Shown piece by piece: positions 9,757 to 21,828 of a DNA stretch of 64,000 nucleotides (position 1 is its first letter; every line of letters begins with the position of its first letter). The position numbers and the translations under genes are program-made. The stretch comes from Candidatus Methanoperedenaceae archaeon GB37 (GTDB taxonomy: Archaea > Halobacteriota > Methanosarcinia > Methanosarcinales > EX4572-44), in contig LR991653.1 of the NCBI GenBank assembly GCA_905171695.1, forward strand, positions 1,550,625 to 1,614,624, in the 5' to 3' direction. The notes below the pieces were generated by a model. The model worked only from the letters and a program-made list of their open reading frames with translations. It ran no database searches and was not told the DNA's origin.

Positions 9757-11570
9757 ATAAATCACGAGTATTCTTCAATGGAGAGTTGGTTGGACATCAT
9801 GAGAACCCTGTGGAACTTGTGAAGAGTATCAGAGAGCTTCGCCGCTCTGGCAAGATCTCGAAACAGTTGAACGTCGCATATCACCAAAAGACCGATGAAG
9901 TGGTGATCAACACCGATAGCGGCCGGGCGAGAAGGCCGCTCATAATCGTGGAGGATGGGATGCCGCTTGTGACAGATGAGCATATAGCCATGCTCAAGAA
10001 CGGCGAGATAACCTTTGAGGACCTTGTTGATGCAGGGGTTATCGAGTATCTTGATTCCGAGGAAGAAGAGAACATGTTCATCGCTGTCAATGAAGAAGAT
10101 CTCACGAGTAGACATACACACCTCGAGGTTGATCCTGCACTGATACTCGGCATCTCTGCTGGCTTGATCCCGTTCCCAGAGCACAATGCCTCGCCAAGAA
10201 ACACGATGGGCGCTGGCATGGTCAAGCAATGCCTTGGAATGTCAACTGCAAACCTGAAGCTTCGACCAGACACGAGATCACACTATATTCACTATCCACA
10301 GAAGGCACTTGTCACAACCCAGACAGCCGAGGCACTCGGATTTGACGAGCGACCTGCTGGACAGAACTTCGTTGTGGCGGTTATGTCATACGAGGGATAT
10401 AACATAGAGGATGCGCTCGTCATAAACAAGGCATCGATCGAGCGGGGTCTTGGACGGAGCCATTTCTTCCGCACACAACAGGGAGAGGAGCGTAAATACC
10501 CGGGTGGACATCTCGACAAGTTCGAGATACCTGATGCAGAGGTGAGAGGCGCGCGTGGGACTGAAGCGTATGCACAGCTTGACGCTGACGGACTCCCGAA
10601 TCCTGAGATCGTTGTTAATCCAAATGATGTTCTGATCGGTAAGACCAGTCCACCGCGTTTCCTTGAAGAGCCGACAGACCTTGGGGGTCTGAGTCCACAG
10701 CAGCGCAGGGAGAGCTCGGTTACCATGCGTTCCAATGAAAAAGGCGTGATCGACACGGTGATACTCACAGAGTCCGAGAGCGGTGCCAGGCTTGCAAAGG
10801 TTCGCACGAGGGATCAGAGAGTACCTGAGATCGGTGACAAGTTCGCATCGAGGCATGGTCAGAAGGGCGTGATAGGCTTGATAGTACCACAAGCCGATAT
10901 GCCATTCACAGAGAACGGGATGGTCCCAGATCTCATAATCAACCCGCATGCAATTCCATCACGGATGACTGTTGGTCACGTGCTTGAGATGATCGGTGGA
11001 AAGGTGGGAAGCCTTGAAGGGCGACGGGTCGATGGCACACCATTCTCAGGTGAAGACGAAGAGAGCTTGAGAGAGGCTCTGCACCGGGCAGGTTACGCGC
11101 ACACTGGAAAGGAAGTATTCTATGATGGTGTTACAGGCAGACGAATCAACGCCAACGTATTTGTGGGCGTTATCCTCTACCAGAAACTGTACCACATGGT
11201 CGCTGCCAAGATGCATGCACGCTCTCGTGGACCGATACAGGTTCTCACCCGACAGCCCACCGAGGGGCGTGCGCGGGAAGGTGGTCTCAGGTTCGGTGAG
11301 ATGGAGCGTGACGTCCTGCTTGGGCATGGTGCTGCGATGGCGTTAAAGGAGCGATTGCTTGACGAGTCTGACAAGGTTACAGAGTACGTCTGTGGAGAGT
11401 GCGGGATGATTGCCACGTTGGATCGGCGTCGAAACATCGTCTTCTGCCCGAACTGTGGTGCCGACACCAATATTCATCCTGTGGAGATGAGCTATGCATT
11501 CAAGTTGCTTCTGGATGAGATGAAATCACTTGCAATTGCACCGCGCCTCATACTGGAAGATGCAGTATAA
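9753..11570 (+). CDS. rpoB1: RNA polymerase subunit B' (Rpo2C)
   Basis: [31 protein letters not shown]-terminal Zn finger. Confidence 0.97.
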   Translation: MNKSRVFFNGELVGHHENPVELVKSIRELRRSGKISKQLNVAYHQKTDEVVINTDSGRARRPLIIVEDGMPLVTDEHIAMLKNGEITFEDLVDAGVIEYLDSEEEENMFIAVNEEDLTSRHTHLEVDPALILGISAGLIPFPEHNASPRNTMGAGMVKQCLGMSTANLKLRPDTRSHYIHYPQKALVTTQTAEALGFDERPAGQNFVVAVMSYEGYNIEDALVINKASIERGLGRSHFFRTQQGEERKYPGGHLDKFEIPDAEVRGARGTEAYAQLDADGLPNPEIVVNPNDVLIGKTSPPRFLEEPTDLGGLSPQQRRESSVTMRSNEKGVIDTVILTESESGARLAKVRTRDQRVPEIGDKFASRHGQKGVIGLIVPQADMPFTENGMVPDLIINPHAIPSRMTVGHVLEMIGGKVGSLEGRRVDGTPFSGEDEESLREALHRAGYAHTGKEVFYDGVTGRRINANVFVGVILYQKLYHMVAAKMHARSRGPIQVLTRQPTEGRAREGGLRFGEMERDVLLGHGAAMALKERLLDESDKVTEYVCGECGMIATLDRRRNIVFCPNCGADTNIHPVEMSYAFKLLLDEMKSLAIAPRLILEDAV

Positions 11571-11602
11571 AAATATATGGAATGTAGGGGGTTTTTAGAG
11601 TT

Positions 11603-14239
11603 ATGATTCGCTCAGTTCCAAAAAAGATTGGTCAGATAAAGTTCGGGCTTATATCACCGAGAGAGTTCAGAAAGATGAGCGTTACAAGGGTGATAACGGC
11701 GGACACCTATGATGATGATGGTTTTCCGATAGAGATGGGGCTTATGGACACGCGCCTTGGAGTCATAGATCCGGGATTGCGGTGTAAGACCTGTGGACAG
11801 AGAGCAGGTGAGTGCCCGGGGCACTTTGGGCATATCGAGCTTGTCGCGCCTGTGATTCACATAGGGTTTGCAAAGCTTATCAGGAAGATCCTGCGTGCTG
11901 TCTGCCGGTCATGCGGGCGACTACTGCTGACAGAGACTGAGAAGGAAAGATACCTCGATGAGATACGAACCAATCTGAAGATCGGGAATTCGATCGATGA
12001 CGTGGTGAATACGGTCTTCAAAGAAGCCCGCAAGACAAAGAAATGCCCGTATTGTGATGAAGAACAGATCGATATCAAGTTTGAGAAGCCAACCACCTAT
12101 TATGAAGATAAGCACAAACTGATGCCTGCCGACATAAGAGACCTGCTTGAGAAGATACCTGACGAGGATGTTGAGGTGATGGGGATGGACCCTGTGAGTG
12201 CACGCCCCGAATGGACGGTACTCACCGTGCTCCCGGTACCACCTGTGACGATGCGCCCCTCGATCACACTCGAGTCAGGACAGCGGAGTGAAGATGACAT
12301 CACCCATAAACTGGTGGACATTATCCGAATCAACCAGCGTTTCCAGGAGAATCGGGAGGCAGGAGCGCCACAACTGATCATAGAAGACCTGTGGGAACTG
12401 CTCCAGTACCACGTTACAACGTTCATAGACAACGCGGTCTCGGGTGTACCGCCGGCACGCCATAGATCAGGTCGTCCGCTGAAGACTCTCTCTCAGAGAC
12501 TAAAGGGAAAAGAAGGTCGTTTCAGAGGTAGTCTCTCTGGAAAGCGTGTTAATTTCTCAGCGAGAACGGTCATATCACCAGATCCAAACCTGAGCATATG
12601 TGAGGTGGGTGTTCCTGAGGAGATTGCAAAGGAGCTCACCATAACCATGAACGTCACACGCCACAATATCAACGAGGCAAAGGAGTACGTGGCAAGAGGT
12701 CCATCCAATCACCCTGGTGCAAACTATGTCGTCCGTGGTGATGGGAGACGGGTCAAGGTCACGGAGAGTAACGCTCCCGAACTTGTCGAGGCGATCGAGA
12801 CCGGTTGGAAGGTGGAGCGACACCTAAAAGACGGTGACATAGTTCTCTTCAACAGGCAGCCATCACTCCATCGGATGAGCATAATGGCTCATGAGGTCAA
12901 GGTCTTGCCAGACAAGACGTTCAGGCTGAATCCTGCCGCATGTCCACCATACAACGCCGACTTCGACGGTGATGAGATGAACCTCCATGTCCCACAGACA
13001 GAGGAGGCAAGGGCAGAGGCAAAGATCCTGATGCACGTCGAACATAACATACTATCACCGAGATTCGGTGGACCGATCATAGGCGGGATACACGATCACA
13101 TATCAGGGTTATACCTGCTCACACACAAGGATAAAAAAATATACAAGCCAGAGGCTCTGGAACTGCTGAAAAAATCCAGAGTTAAAGAGCTCATGGAGCC
13201 TGCCGGATACGAGAATGGCATGCCATACTGGAACGGAAAGCAGATCTTCAGCATGATACTCCCAGAAGGCTTACACTTAACCTTTCAGGCTGAGATGTGT
13301 GAGCACTGCGAAGAGTGCAAGAGAGAAGGGTGCGAACGTGATGCATACGTGGTGATCGAAGACGGAATCCTGAAAAACGGATCCATCGACGTGAAAGCGA
13401 TCGGATCCTTCAAGAGCAAGATCCTAGACAAGATCTATAAGGAATACGGTGAAGAGAGAGCACGAATGTTTATTGACGACGCCACCCGACTCGGAATACG
13501 TGCCATCATGCGAATGGGCTTCAGTTTCGGGATAAACGATGAAGATGTCTCTTCAGAGGCTGACGTTCGGATTGGAGAGGCCATCTATGAAGCAGAGGAG
13601 CGTGTCAGGAAACTCATAATGGCTTACAACGCGGGAGAACTTGAACAGCTCCCAGGACGAAGCATGGACGAAACTCTTGAGATGAATATCTTGCAGGAAC
13701 TCGGGCGTGCGAGAGACGCTGCCGGAGAGATTGCAGGCAGAAACCTAGGGCTTGAAAACTCGGCAGTGATCATGGCGCAATCAGGTGCCAGAGGCTCGAT
13801 GCTCAACCTCACCCAGATGGCTGGCTGCGTCGGACAGCAGGCGGTTCGAGGAGAGCGTATACGACGAGGGTATGCTGGAAGGACTCTTCCACACTTCGAA
13901 GTAGGAGATCTCGGTGCCGACGCACGTGGATTCGTGAAATCAAGCTACAAGAAGGGTTTATCTCCAACAGAGTACTTCTTCCATGCGATCGGCGGGAGGG
14001 AGGGGCTCGTGGACACCGCTGTTCGCACATCACAATCAGGATACCTCCAGCGGCGAATGGTCAACGCACTCCAGGATCTGGAGGTTCAGTACGATGGAAC
14101 GGTGAGAGACACGAGGGGCATGATCGTCCAGTTCATGTATGGAGAGGACGGGCTCGACCCGATGAAAGGAGATTTCGGGACACGTGAGAGCATACGGAGC
14201 ATAATCAACACGGTCGTGGCGAAGAGGGAGTCCAGATGA
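11603..14239 (+). CDS. rpoA1: RNA polymerase subunit A' (Rpo1N)
   Basis: Catalytic [11 protein letters not shown]; [10 protein letters not shown]; [10 protein letters not shown]. Confidence 0.98.
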   Translation: MIRSVPKKIGQIKFGLISPREFRKMSVTRVITADTYDDDGFPIEMGLMDTRLGVIDPGLRCKTCGQRAGECPGHFGHIELVAPVIHIGFAKLIRKILRAVCRSCGRLLLTETEKERYLDEIRTNLKIGNSIDDVVNTVFKEARKTKKCPYCDEEQIDIKFEKPTTYYEDKHKLMPADIRDLLEKIPDEDVEVMGMDPVSARPEWTVLTVLPVPPVTMRPSITLESGQRSEDDITHKLVDIIRINQRFQENREAGAPQLIIEDLWELLQYHVTTFIDNAVSGVPPARHRSGRPLKTLSQRLKGKEGRFRGSLSGKRVNFSARTVISPDPNLSICEVGVPEEIAKELTITMNVTRHNINEAKEYVARGPSNHPGANYVVRGDGRRVKVTESNAPELVEAIETGWKVERHLKDGDIVLFNRQPSLHRMSIMAHEVKVLPDKTFRLNPAACPPYNADFDGDEMNLHVPQTEEARAEAKILMHVEHNILSPRFGGPIIGGIHDHISGLYLLTHKDKKIYKPEALELLKKSRVKELMEPAGYENGMPYWNGKQIFSMILPEGLHLTFQAEMCEHCEECKREGCERDAYVVIEDGILKNGSIDVKAIGSFKSKILDKIYKEYGEERARMFIDDATRLGIRAIMRMGFSFGINDEDVSSEADVRIGEAIYEAEERVRKLIMAYNAGELEQLPGRSMDETLEMNILQELGRARDAAGEIAGRNLGLENSAVIMAQSGARGSMLNLTQMAGCVGQQAVRGERIRRGYAGRTLPHFEVGDLGADARGFVKSSYKKGLSPTEYFFHAIGGREGLVDTAVRTSQSGYLQRRMVNALQDLEVQYDGTVRDTRGMIVQFMYGEDGLDPMKGDFGTRESIRSIINTVVAKRESR

Positions 14240-15393
14240 TCGACAAGCAGGCAATGGAATCACGAATCGAGAGTCTACCACTTCCCAAGAAGATACGAAG
14301 TGCCATGCTCGCTGAACTTCTTGAGATGGAACTCACAGAGGAAGAGTTTGAAGATGTGATCAGGCTCACACTCAAGCGATACAACGAGTCACGCATCCCA
14401 CCATACGAAGCCGCTGGTGTTGTCACTGCCCAGTCGATCGGAGAGCCTGGCACACAGATGACGATGCGTACATTCCACTACGCAGGCGTTGCCGAGATCA
14501 ATGTCACACTCGGCTTACCCAGAATAATCGAACTCCTCGACGCACGCAAGAATCCGAGCACCCCAAGTATGACGATCTACCTTAAAGAGGAGTATGCCAA
14601 CGATCGGGAGAGATCGAGTGATGTCGCATGGAATATCGAGTCAACATACCTCCACCACGTCGGAGACATCACCACCAACATATCAGATATGGAGATCACC
14701 GTGAACCTTGACGAGAAGGCACTGGAGATGCGGAAGATGAGACCAGAAGAGGTGGCTATGGCAATAGAGGAGGAGATAGGTCTCCCGGTGGAGCTTCTAG
14801 ATCACAGACTGAGAACAGCCCCGGAAGAGGTCTCGTACCGCGGACTATTGCAGCTAGCTAAGAAGATTAGAAACGTGAAGTTGAAGGGGGTTGACGAGAT
14901 AAAGAGGGTGGTGATCCGCAGAGAGAACGACGAGTACATCTTCTATACCGAGGGCTCAGCCCTGAGCAAGGTCCTGCAGATTGAAGGTGTAGACCCAACC
15001 CGCACCCGGACAAACAATATCTTGGAGATGGCAGAGGTCCTTGGAATCGAAGCGGCCCGTCAATCGATAATCGACGAGATAATGGGAACTCTGAGAGAAC
15101 AGGGGCTGGACGTGGACATCCGCCACATAATGCTTGTCGCAGACATAATGACATGCGACGGCGAAGTCAAACAGATCGGGCGACATGGAATATCAGGCGA
15201 GAAGGCGAGTGTGCTGGCGAGAGCAGCCTTCGAGATCACAGTCAACAACCTGTTAGAGTCGAGCGTGCGAGGCGAGGTCGATGAACTCGATGGCGTGACC
15301 GAGAACGTGATCGTGGGACAACCAGTTAAACTCGGAACCGGAAGCGTGAAACTCATAGCAAAGAGTGAGATGGGAGGAATGAACCATGGTTGA
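14236..15393 (+). CDS. rpoA2: RNA polymerase subunit A'' (Rpo1C)
   Basis: [30 protein letters not shown]. Confidence 0.97.
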   Translation: MIDKQAMESRIESLPLPKKIRSAMLAELLEMELTEEEFEDVIRLTLKRYNESRIPPYEAAGVVTAQSIGEPGTQMTMRTFHYAGVAEINVTLGLPRIIELLDARKNPSTPSMTIYLKEEYANDRERSSDVAWNIESTYLHHVGDITTNISDMEITVNLDEKALEMRKMRPEEVAMAIEEEIGLPVELLDHRLRTAPEEVSYRGLLQLAKKIRNVKLKGVDEIKRVVIRRENDEYIFYTEGSALSKVLQIEGVDPTRTRTNNILEMAEVLGIEAARQSIIDEIMGTLREQGLDVDIRHIMLVADIMTCDGEVKQIGRHGISGEKASVLARAAFEITVNNLLESSVRGEVDELDGVTENVIVGQPVKLGTGSVKLIAKSEMGGMNHG

Positions 15394-15676
15394 TACAGAT
15401 AAAATACTAAGAACTGTAATAAAAGAGGGCAAGGTGGTGATCGGTGCAAAAGAGACGATCCAGAGCGTGAAGGATGGAAAGGCAAAACTCGTGATCGTAT
15501 CATCAAACTGCCCCTCAAGCGTGAGAGAAGAGATCGGGGTGGATAACTTCATCGAATACGGCGCGGACAACATAGAACTTGGGACAGCGTGTGGAAAACC
15601 GTTCGCGATATCAGCACTTGCGATACTCGAAGCCGATGAGACCGATATCCATGCACTCAGGGGTCTTCAATCTTGA
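15386..15676 (+). CDS. rpl30e: 50S ribosomal protein L30e
   Basis: [10 protein letters not shown]...[10 protein letters not shown]; conserved position after rpoA''. Confidence 0.95.
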   Translation: MVDTDKILRTVIKEGKVVIGAKETIQSVKDGKAKLVIVSSNCPSSVREEIGVDNFIEYGADNIELGTACGKPFAISALAILEADETDIHALRGLQS

Positions 15677-16104
15677 GCGAACTCAAGCTTGACACGGACG
15701 GAATACGATACATCGCACTCTTCGAGAAGAGAACAGGAGCATCGCCAACAGACTGCATCATAGACAGTGCCCATAACAAGGTGACCTTTATCGTGAAGCC
15801 GGAGGATATGGGCGCAGCCATTGGAAGACATGGCGAGCACGTGAGCCGTGTACGAACAACCATCAACAAAGAGATAGAGATAATAGAATACTCAGAAAAC
15901 CCACAAGAATTCATAAAAAACCTGCTGCAACCTGTATCAGCCAAAAAAATAAGTATAATCAAGAGAAACGACAAACGCATCGCCTACGTTGAAGTGCCTG
16001 CAAGAGAGAAAGGACTTGCCATAGGAAGAGGTGGGCAAAAGATAGAGAGACTGAAGAGAATAGTCAAAAGACATCACGACATCGACAACATAATCATCCA
16101 ATAA
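15673..16104 (+). CDS. nusA: Archaeal NusA (two KH domains)
   Basis: GAAIGRHG and GLAIGRGG KH motifs; conserved position. Confidence 0.95.
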   Translation: MSELKLDTDGIRYIALFEKRTGASPTDCIIDSAHNKVTFIVKPEDMGAAIGRHGEHVSRVRTTINKEIEIIEYSENPQEFIKNLLQPVSAKKISIIKRNDKRIAYVEVPAREKGLAIGRGGQKIERLKRIVKRHHDIDNIIIQ

Positions 16105-16106
16105 TA

Positions 16107-16901
16107 TTATTTTAGGAGTTTTACGATTCTGCTGTGAAGTCTATCGTCCCTCGTTGCGATGAGTTCGATACTCGTGGCTCTTGCGTCTCTGTTGAGCGGT
16201 CTTCCATCGAGGTCTGTGAGCTCTCCCCCTGCTTCTCGCAGTATCAATTGTGATGCCATTATGTCATAGCTACTGATATGTCCCCGTGTATCGATGACTC
16301 CGTCGATCCTCTTCTCTGCGACAAAACAGATCTCAAGTGCAATGCTCCCAAGCGTTCGCTGAACGACCTCTCTCCCAAGCTCGACCACCCCATCTGGGAT
16401 TCTCTTCACTCCATAGGAGTAGATAGAGATGATCGGTTTTGGTCGCGCTCCTCCCATTCTACCTGTGATCTCTCTTCCATTGATGAACGCCCCTCCCCCC
16501 CTCACTGCACTGTAGGTGTTATTGTTTATCTCTGTTATCGCTGCCATCGTAACATCGTTGAAGCTTGCACCTCTCGTCTTTTCAGAGAGTGCAAGCGATG
16601 TGCAGAAGAATGGTATGCCACAGGTGGCGTTGGTCGATCCATCCACCGGATCAAAGACGAGCAGTACCTCTGGATCCCTTCCAACCGTTCTATCTCCGAG
16701 TTCTTCCGAGATGATCCGCGCCGAGATCTCACGTGCTCTCAGCGCTTCATCAAGCGCGTTCTCTGCTACAAGGTCTATCTTTCGCGTGATGTCACGCGGT
16801 CGTACCGTCACCAGTTCACCATAATCAGAGGTGCTGGCTATCGACTCTGAAATAATGTCACGTATCTCCTGGGTTATCTCACAGAGTGTCTCGATCTTCA
16901 T
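16107..16901 (-). CDS. Inositol monophosphatase / FBPase family phosphatase
   Basis: ISEE, DPVDGSTN, RTLGSIALE, YDIMAS..ILREAGG. Confidence 0.9.
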   Translation of the reverse strand: MKIETLCEITQEIRDIISESIASTSDYGELVTVRPRDITRKIDLVAENALDEALRAREISARIISEELGDRTVGRDPEVLLVFDPVDGSTNATCGIPFFCTSLALSEKTRGASFNDVTMAAITEINNNTYSAVRGGGAFINGREITGRMGGARPKPIISIYSYGVKRIPDGVVELGREVVQRTLGSIALEICFVAEKRIDGVIDTRGHISSYDIMASQLILREAGGELTDLDGRPLNRDARATSIELIATRDDRLHSRIVKLLK

Positions 16902-17437
16902 CCGAATAACTCCTCTACCTTCTCAGCTACACGTCTTGCACACTCTTCGATCGTCTCTTTACTGCTCTCAACGTGTATTTCAGGGTTTCGTGGCGGCTCA
17001 TAGGCTACATTCACACCAGGAACGGTTGCTCCACTTCTCTTCGACCCCACGTAGACTCCTCTTGGCGCGTCATACGTCTCCTCCCTATCCCTCTCCCTTC
17101 TGATACATACCTCAAGTGGACACTCCACATACGCCTCTGCAAAGTTAGGTATGAGACTTCGCGCCGTATCACGATACTCTTGCTTGTTCGCCGTTGCATC
17201 GATGAAGACATTTATGCCGCAATCAACGAGGAGGTATGCCATGTATGCGAGGGATGCATACACGATACTCCGTTCTTCATCACTGTAACTCGGCTCTGGC
17301 GTTATCGTTCTACGTATCCTATCAAGTTGAAGTATCCTGACCATGTAACCCTCTCTTCTCAAGATCTCCGCTGCTTTACGTGAGATAACACTCTTCCCAC
17401 TCCCTGGAAGCCCTGTGAACCAGACCGCGAAAGCCAT
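16898..17437 (-). CDS. cysC: Adenylyl-sulfate (APS) kinase family protein
   Basis: Start at ATG 17437; VWFTGLPGSGKS, YVECPLEVC, VPGVNVAYEPP.NPEI. Confidence 0.8.
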   Translation of the reverse strand: MAFAVWFTGLPGSGKSVISRKAAEILRREGYMVRILQLDRIRRTITPEPSYSDEERSIVYASLAYMAYLLVDCGINVFIDATANKQEYRDTARSLIPNFAEAYVECPLEVCIRRERDREETYDAPRGVYVGSKRSGATVPGVNVAYEPPRNPEIHVESSKETIEECARRVAEKVEELFG

Positions 17438-17444
17438 CGACCCT

Positions 17445-18437
17445 TCATCCTTCAAGCCATGACATCTTACTCCTGAGCTCTCTTCCAACCTGCTCGATCG
17501 GATGCTCGTGCTCTCTCCTCTCAAGCGCCTTCAGAACAGGCATATTGGCTCTACCCTCAAGCACAAACTCTCTTGCAAATTCACCGCTCTGAATATCCTC
17601 AAGAATCTCTCTCATGGCTCTCCGTGTCTCCTCGTTGATGATCCTCGGACCCCTCGTGAGACCACCATACTCTGCAGTGTTTGAAACGTAGTACCACATC
17701 TTCGTGAGCCCACCTTCATGGATGAGATCGACTATGAGCTTCAACTCATGGAGCGTCTCAAAGTATGCAATCTCCGGCTTATAACCCGCCTCGACCAGCG
17801 TCTCAAAGGACGCTTTTATGAGTTCACTCACACCACCACAGAGATCAACCTGCTCGCCGAAGAGATCGGTCTCGGTCTCTTCTGCAAAACTCGTCTCGAT
17901 CACACCCGCGCGTGTGCCACCGATCCCCTTTGCAAAGCCAAGCCCGATCTCCCACGCACGACCACTCGCATTCTGATGAACCGCGAGTAGACAGGGCACG
18001 CCAGCACCTTCAAGGTACGTTCTGCGCACAAGATACCCTGGTCCCTTCGGCGCCACCATGAAGACATCCACATCCTCTGGCGGGACGATCTGATGATAGT
18101 GAATATTGAATCCATGCGAAAACGATATAGCATTCCCCGCCTCAAGACCCTTTGCAATCTCACGCTGGTACACATCCGGCTGCACCTCGTCAGGAAGGAG
18201 CATATGAACAATATCAGCCCTCCTCGCAGCATCACCGATCCCAACAACCTTCATCCCATCAGCCTCAGCCCTCTTCCACGAAGAACCGCCCTCCCGCAGT
18301 CCCACAATCACATCCAGACCAGAATCACGGAGGTTCTGAGCCTGAGCAGCGCCCTGACTCCCATACCCAATGACCGCGATCGTCTTCTCAGCCAAGAGAC
18401 CCAAGTCAGCATCCTCATCATAGTACATCTTCACCAT
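17445..18437 (-). CDS. ilvC: Ketol-acid reductoisomerase
   Basis: [32 protein letters not shown]. Confidence 0.97.
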   Translation of the reverse strand: MVKMYYDEDADLGLLAEKTIAVIGYGSQGAAQAQNLRDSGLDVIVGLREGGSSWKRAEADGMKVVGIGDAARRADIVHMLLPDEVQPDVYQREIAKGLEAGNAISFSHGFNIHYHQIVPPEDVDVFMVAPKGPGYLVRRTYLEGAGVPCLLAVHQNASGRAWEIGLGFAKGIGGTRAGVIETSFAEETETDLFGEQVDLCGGVSELIKASFETLVEAGYKPEIAYFETLHELKLIVDLIHEGGLTKMWYYVSNTAEYGGLTRGPRIINEETRRAMREILEDIQSGEFAREFVLEGRANMPVLKALERREHEHPIEQVGRELRSKMSWLEG

Positions 18438-18710
18438 ACATTCACCCTCAAATAACCATTGATCGCCCAATAGATTGGCAGACAGGTATGATTAACCTGT
18501 TGGTAGAAGGAAAACCCTACCAAAACGTAACGTCCACACCAGTCGATATACCACCCTCTTTAAGAAGAAGAACGTTCCGAGCGTATCTGAAGTCCATCCA
18601 TCAAGCTGGATTTGGGTCGAAGTACCGAAGGCACGTAGCCAGACACGCTCTGTTAGGCGTAATGGCGATTTTACTCGCTTTTATCATCCGCTTTTGACTT
18701 TCTCATTATA

Positions 18711-18965
18711 GAGACCTTTGCAAGACCAAAATCCTTAAACCATCATGATGATAACATGCAAACGCTCATAAGCTTTGCAGTTGAAGAAAGATACTGTAAG
18801 ATACTGTAAAGTTGTCAGTATTGGTGATTGACTTGGCGTGGTTAGTAAAATCGTTGATTGGGGATGTTTTCGTCCCGTTAGGGTCGGAGTGCGCAAAGCG
18901 AACGGAGAAGTAGCCAAAAACCTTGGTGGTGGGACACCACACGATTACATTATGGTCTTGAGAAG
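18711..18965 (+). mobile_element. Relic left end of an IS5-subgroup element
   Basis: gagacctttgcaa terminus (IS1106-like) followed by a broken MQTLISFAVEERY..VSIGD*LGVVSKIVDW..FRP...GGGTPHDYIMVL, resembling archaeal IS5 transposase N-termini. Confidence 0.55.
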
Positions 18966-19032
18966 TTGCCCGCCCGTTTTTTGCTCTTTTCTGAAAAAGA
19001 AGGTTTGGTCGAGAAAACTTTAAAAAGAGAGA

Positions 19033-19064
19033 TATTTACATACATTTGTGAATAAATATTTATT
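19033..19064. promoter_or_regulatory. Inverted repeats upstream of the RHH/RM operon (candidate operator or promoter)
   Basis: tatttaca-N6-tgtgaata (7/8 inverted) overlapping the perfect palindrome aataaatatttatt (19051-19064). Confidence 0.4.
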
Positions 19065-19075
19065 AAGTGGTTGAA

Positions 19076-19225
19076 ATGGAATCAAAAAATATTACATTGA
19101 GGGTAAAATCTGATTTATATGAGGAATACAAGAAGTTATGCAAGAAGAAGGGTTTATTAATTTCGCGTCAATTTGAGATTATGATGGGAGAACAATTAGA
19201 GAAAGAGGGGCGAGAAAATGATTAA
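19076..19225 (+). CDS. Small ribbon-helix-helix-like regulator (49 aa, not in the ORF track)
   Basis: MESKNITLRVKSDLYEEYKKLCKKKGLLISRQFEIMMGEQLEKEGREND; alternating beta strand then helix-G-helix; overlaps the start of the RM gene. Confidence 0.7.
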   Translation: MESKNITLRVKSDLYEEYKKLCKKKGLLISRQFEIMMGEQLEKEGREND

Positions 19226-21002
19226 AGAAAATCATGACTCTGTTTTTATGAAAAATATACAAAAGGTAATAGAAAAAGGGATAATCACAGTAACAAGCGA
19301 TGGCTCAAGAATCACTTATCATTGTAAAAGAGATTATACAACTTCTTTCAAGAATCCAGAAGAAAAGGTAAGGGCTTCTTATTTTGTTGAATTGGTTTTA
19401 GATTACAATTATCCGCCTAAAAATATTGATATTGAGGTTATTGTTCCAAGAAGAACACCAGAAGACAGGGCTGATATTGTTGTTTATGACGAAGATGGCG
19501 AAGAGTATCTTGTTGTAGAATGTAAAAAAGATGGTATTACTGACGCAGAATTTAAACAGGCTATTGAACAGGTTTTTGGAAATGCTAATAGTTTAAGGGC
19601 AAAATTTGCTTCTGTTGTTGCAGGTATTACAAGAACAGCTTTTGATGTTGCAGGATTTAAGCCAAGTGAAAGAGAAAAAAATGTTATTTCTGATATTCCT
19701 AAAAAATATGGAAGAACGCCGAAATACAAATTTATTAAAGGAGATAAGGACAAAGATTTAAAGATAGTTTCAAGAGAGGAATTAATAAGAGCTTTAGAAA
19801 AATCCCACGATACAGTCTGGCAGGGTGGAAAGTTAGCACCTACGACTGCTTTTGATGAAGTTTCTAAATTGTTATTTTGTAAATTAAGAGATGAAAAAAC
19901 AACAAAGAAAGGTGATACTTACAAGTTTCAGATAGGAACGCATGAATCTGCTGAAGAAGTTTTTAAGAGAATCAATGCAATTTATCAGAAAGCGAAAAAA
20001 GAAGATTCTGAAGTTTTTAAGGAAGACATGAGATTAAGTCCGAAAGTTGTTTATAATGTTGTTGAGCATTTGCAGGGATTGGCAATAAACAAGATTGATT
20101 TAGATACAAAGGGTATCGCTTTTGAGAGATTTATGCAGGATTTCTTTAGGGGCAAGATGGGGCAGTTTTTTACGCCTCGCGAGATTGTAAAATTCTGTGT
20201 TGAGATGATGAATCCAGACAGAAGCGATTTAGTTATAGACCCTGCCTGTGGCTCTGGCGGTTTCTTGCTTAATGCGATGGATAAAGTAAGGAGATATGCA
20301 GAAGAAAATTATGAAGGAATAGAGGCATGGGACTATTGGCACAGGTTTGCGATGAATAACCTTTATGGGATTGAAATTAACGACCAGATAGCAAGAGTCT
20401 GCAAAATGAATATGATTATCCATGATGATGGGCATACAAACATCATAAGCACAGATTCTTTAAGACCATTTGAGGGGATAACAGAAATACACAAAGCTTT
20501 CAAAAAAGAACATTTTGATATTCTTTTGACTAATCCGCCATTCGGAGCAGTAGTAAAATCAACAGAAAAAGACTATTTAGATAAATACGAGTTAGGCAAA
20601 GGCAGGAAAAACCAGAAAACAGAGATTTTGTTTATTGAACGCTGTCTTGATTTCTTAAAGCCAGATGGAAGAATGGCGATAGTTCTGCCAGATGGAATTT
20701 TAACAAACTCTTCTTTACAATATGTCAGGGATTTCTTAATGGAAAAATCTCAAATTTTAGCGATTGTTTCACTGCCACAATTTGCATTTACTCACTTCGG
20801 AGCAGGAGTTAAAAGCAGTCTGGTTTTTGTAAGAAAAAAGAAACCAGATGAAGAATTAGACAATTATCCTATTTTCATGGCAATAGCAGAACATATCGGC
20901 TATGATGCCACAGGCAGAAAAGACCCAATTAATGATTTAGACAGGATTTTAGAGGAATATAGGAAGTTTGAGAAGAATCTGAGGGGATATAAAGGGGTTT
21001 GA
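19218..21002 (+). CDS. Fused PD-(D/E)xK nuclease (HsdR N-terminal-like) and N6-adenine methyltransferase (HsdM-like)
   Basis: PEEKVR...RADIVVY...VECKK; GQFFTPR; DPACGSGGF; NPPF; LPDGIL. Confidence 0.9.
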   Translation: MIKENHDSVFMKNIQKVIEKGIITVTSDGSRITYHCKRDYTTSFKNPEEKVRASYFVELVLDYNYPPKNIDIEVIVPRRTPEDRADIVVYDEDGEEYLVVECKKDGITDAEFKQAIEQVFGNANSLRAKFASVVAGITRTAFDVAGFKPSEREKNVISDIPKKYGRTPKYKFIKGDKDKDLKIVSREELIRALEKSHDTVWQGGKLAPTTAFDEVSKLLFCKLRDEKTTKKGDTYKFQIGTHESAEEVFKRINAIYQKAKKEDSEVFKEDMRLSPKVVYNVVEHLQGLAINKIDLDTKGIAFERFMQDFFRGKMGQFFTPREIVKFCVEMMNPDRSDLVIDPACGSGGFLLNAMDKVRRYAEENYEGIEAWDYWHRFAMNNLYGIEINDQIARVCKMNMIIHDDGHTNIISTDSLRPFEGITEIHKAFKKEHFDILLTNPPFGAVVKSTEKDYLDKYELGKGRKNQKTEILFIERCLDFLKPDGRMAIVLPDGILTNSSLQYVRDFLMEKSQILAIVSLPQFAFTHFGAGVKSSLVFVRKKKPDEELDNYPIFMAIAEHIGYDATGRKDPINDLDRILEEYRKFEKNLRGYKGV

Positions 21003-21811
21003 AGATGGGGGATGATCAAACAGACTTAAAGGGGAATATTCTTGTCAGTCAAGATGAGTTATATTTTGTATATGAGGGGCCTTCTTTTAATGGCAAGATG
21101 GAGATGCCCTCTCTCATTAATCAACTTAAATCAACTGAATTTTTAATAAGGGAGGTAATCAGGACTTTATACGAGCAAAGAAAATTAAGCGAGCCAGAAA
21201 ATATAAAATTATACCTCAAATTAAAGCATAGCTCTTTTACCGAGATAATTGAAATAATCTTAAACCACCCACTCTCAATTTCTATAATCGGCAATTGTGT
21301 TGTTGCATTATTCAATAAATTATTTAACAAAAAAGGCAAAGAAGCAAAAACAGAGATAAATATAGAGAATTTAACTAATAATTTGACTTTTGTTAAAAAA
21401 ATAGACAATATCGCACTTCCTCTACAAAAAGAAGGAGATAAATTAACTGTTTATTCTCCAAAGAAAAAAGAAATTAAAACTGAGATAAAATTTAAAGAAA
21501 AAGAGATGATTGAAGAAATTCTAAAGAAACTCCAAGAAGAAGTGACAGTAGAAATTTACGAAGAAGAATTTTTTGGGTATCTTTACATGATGAATATAGA
21601 CAGAGGAGCATTAGGATTTACATTAGAAGGAACAAATAAACACGTCCCAGTAACATTTATCTCCCAACCAGATTTAGATGAGTTAAAAAGTATTTTTGCC
21701 GAGAAGCTTTGGATTAAGGCAAATGCAACATACAGAAATAAAGAATTAGAGAAACTTGAAATTAAAGAATATCGTGTTAAAACAAGAAAGAGCTTAAACG
21801 ATTTTTTTTAA
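20999..21811 (+). CDS. Hypothetical protein embedded in the RM operon
   Basis: 270-aa AT-rich ORF with a 4-nt overlap to the MTase gene. Confidence 0.75.
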   Translation: MKMGDDQTDLKGNILVSQDELYFVYEGPSFNGKMEMPSLINQLKSTEFLIREVIRTLYEQRKLSEPENIKLYLKLKHSSFTEIIEIILNHPLSISIIGNCVVALFNKLFNKKGKEAKTEINIENLTNNLTFVKKIDNIALPLQKEGDKLTVYSPKKKEIKTEIKFKEKEMIEEILKKLQEEVTVEIYEEEFFGYLYMMNIDRGALGFTLEGTNKHVPVTFISQPDLDELKSIFAEKLWIKANATYRNKELEKLEIKEYRVKTRKSLNDFF

Positions 21812-21828
21812 GAAAGGAGAAGATAAAA

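Noticed and set aside
18488-18697. 69-aa ORF, possibly a transposase C-terminal scrap
   Set aside because: Resemblance too weak to support a call.
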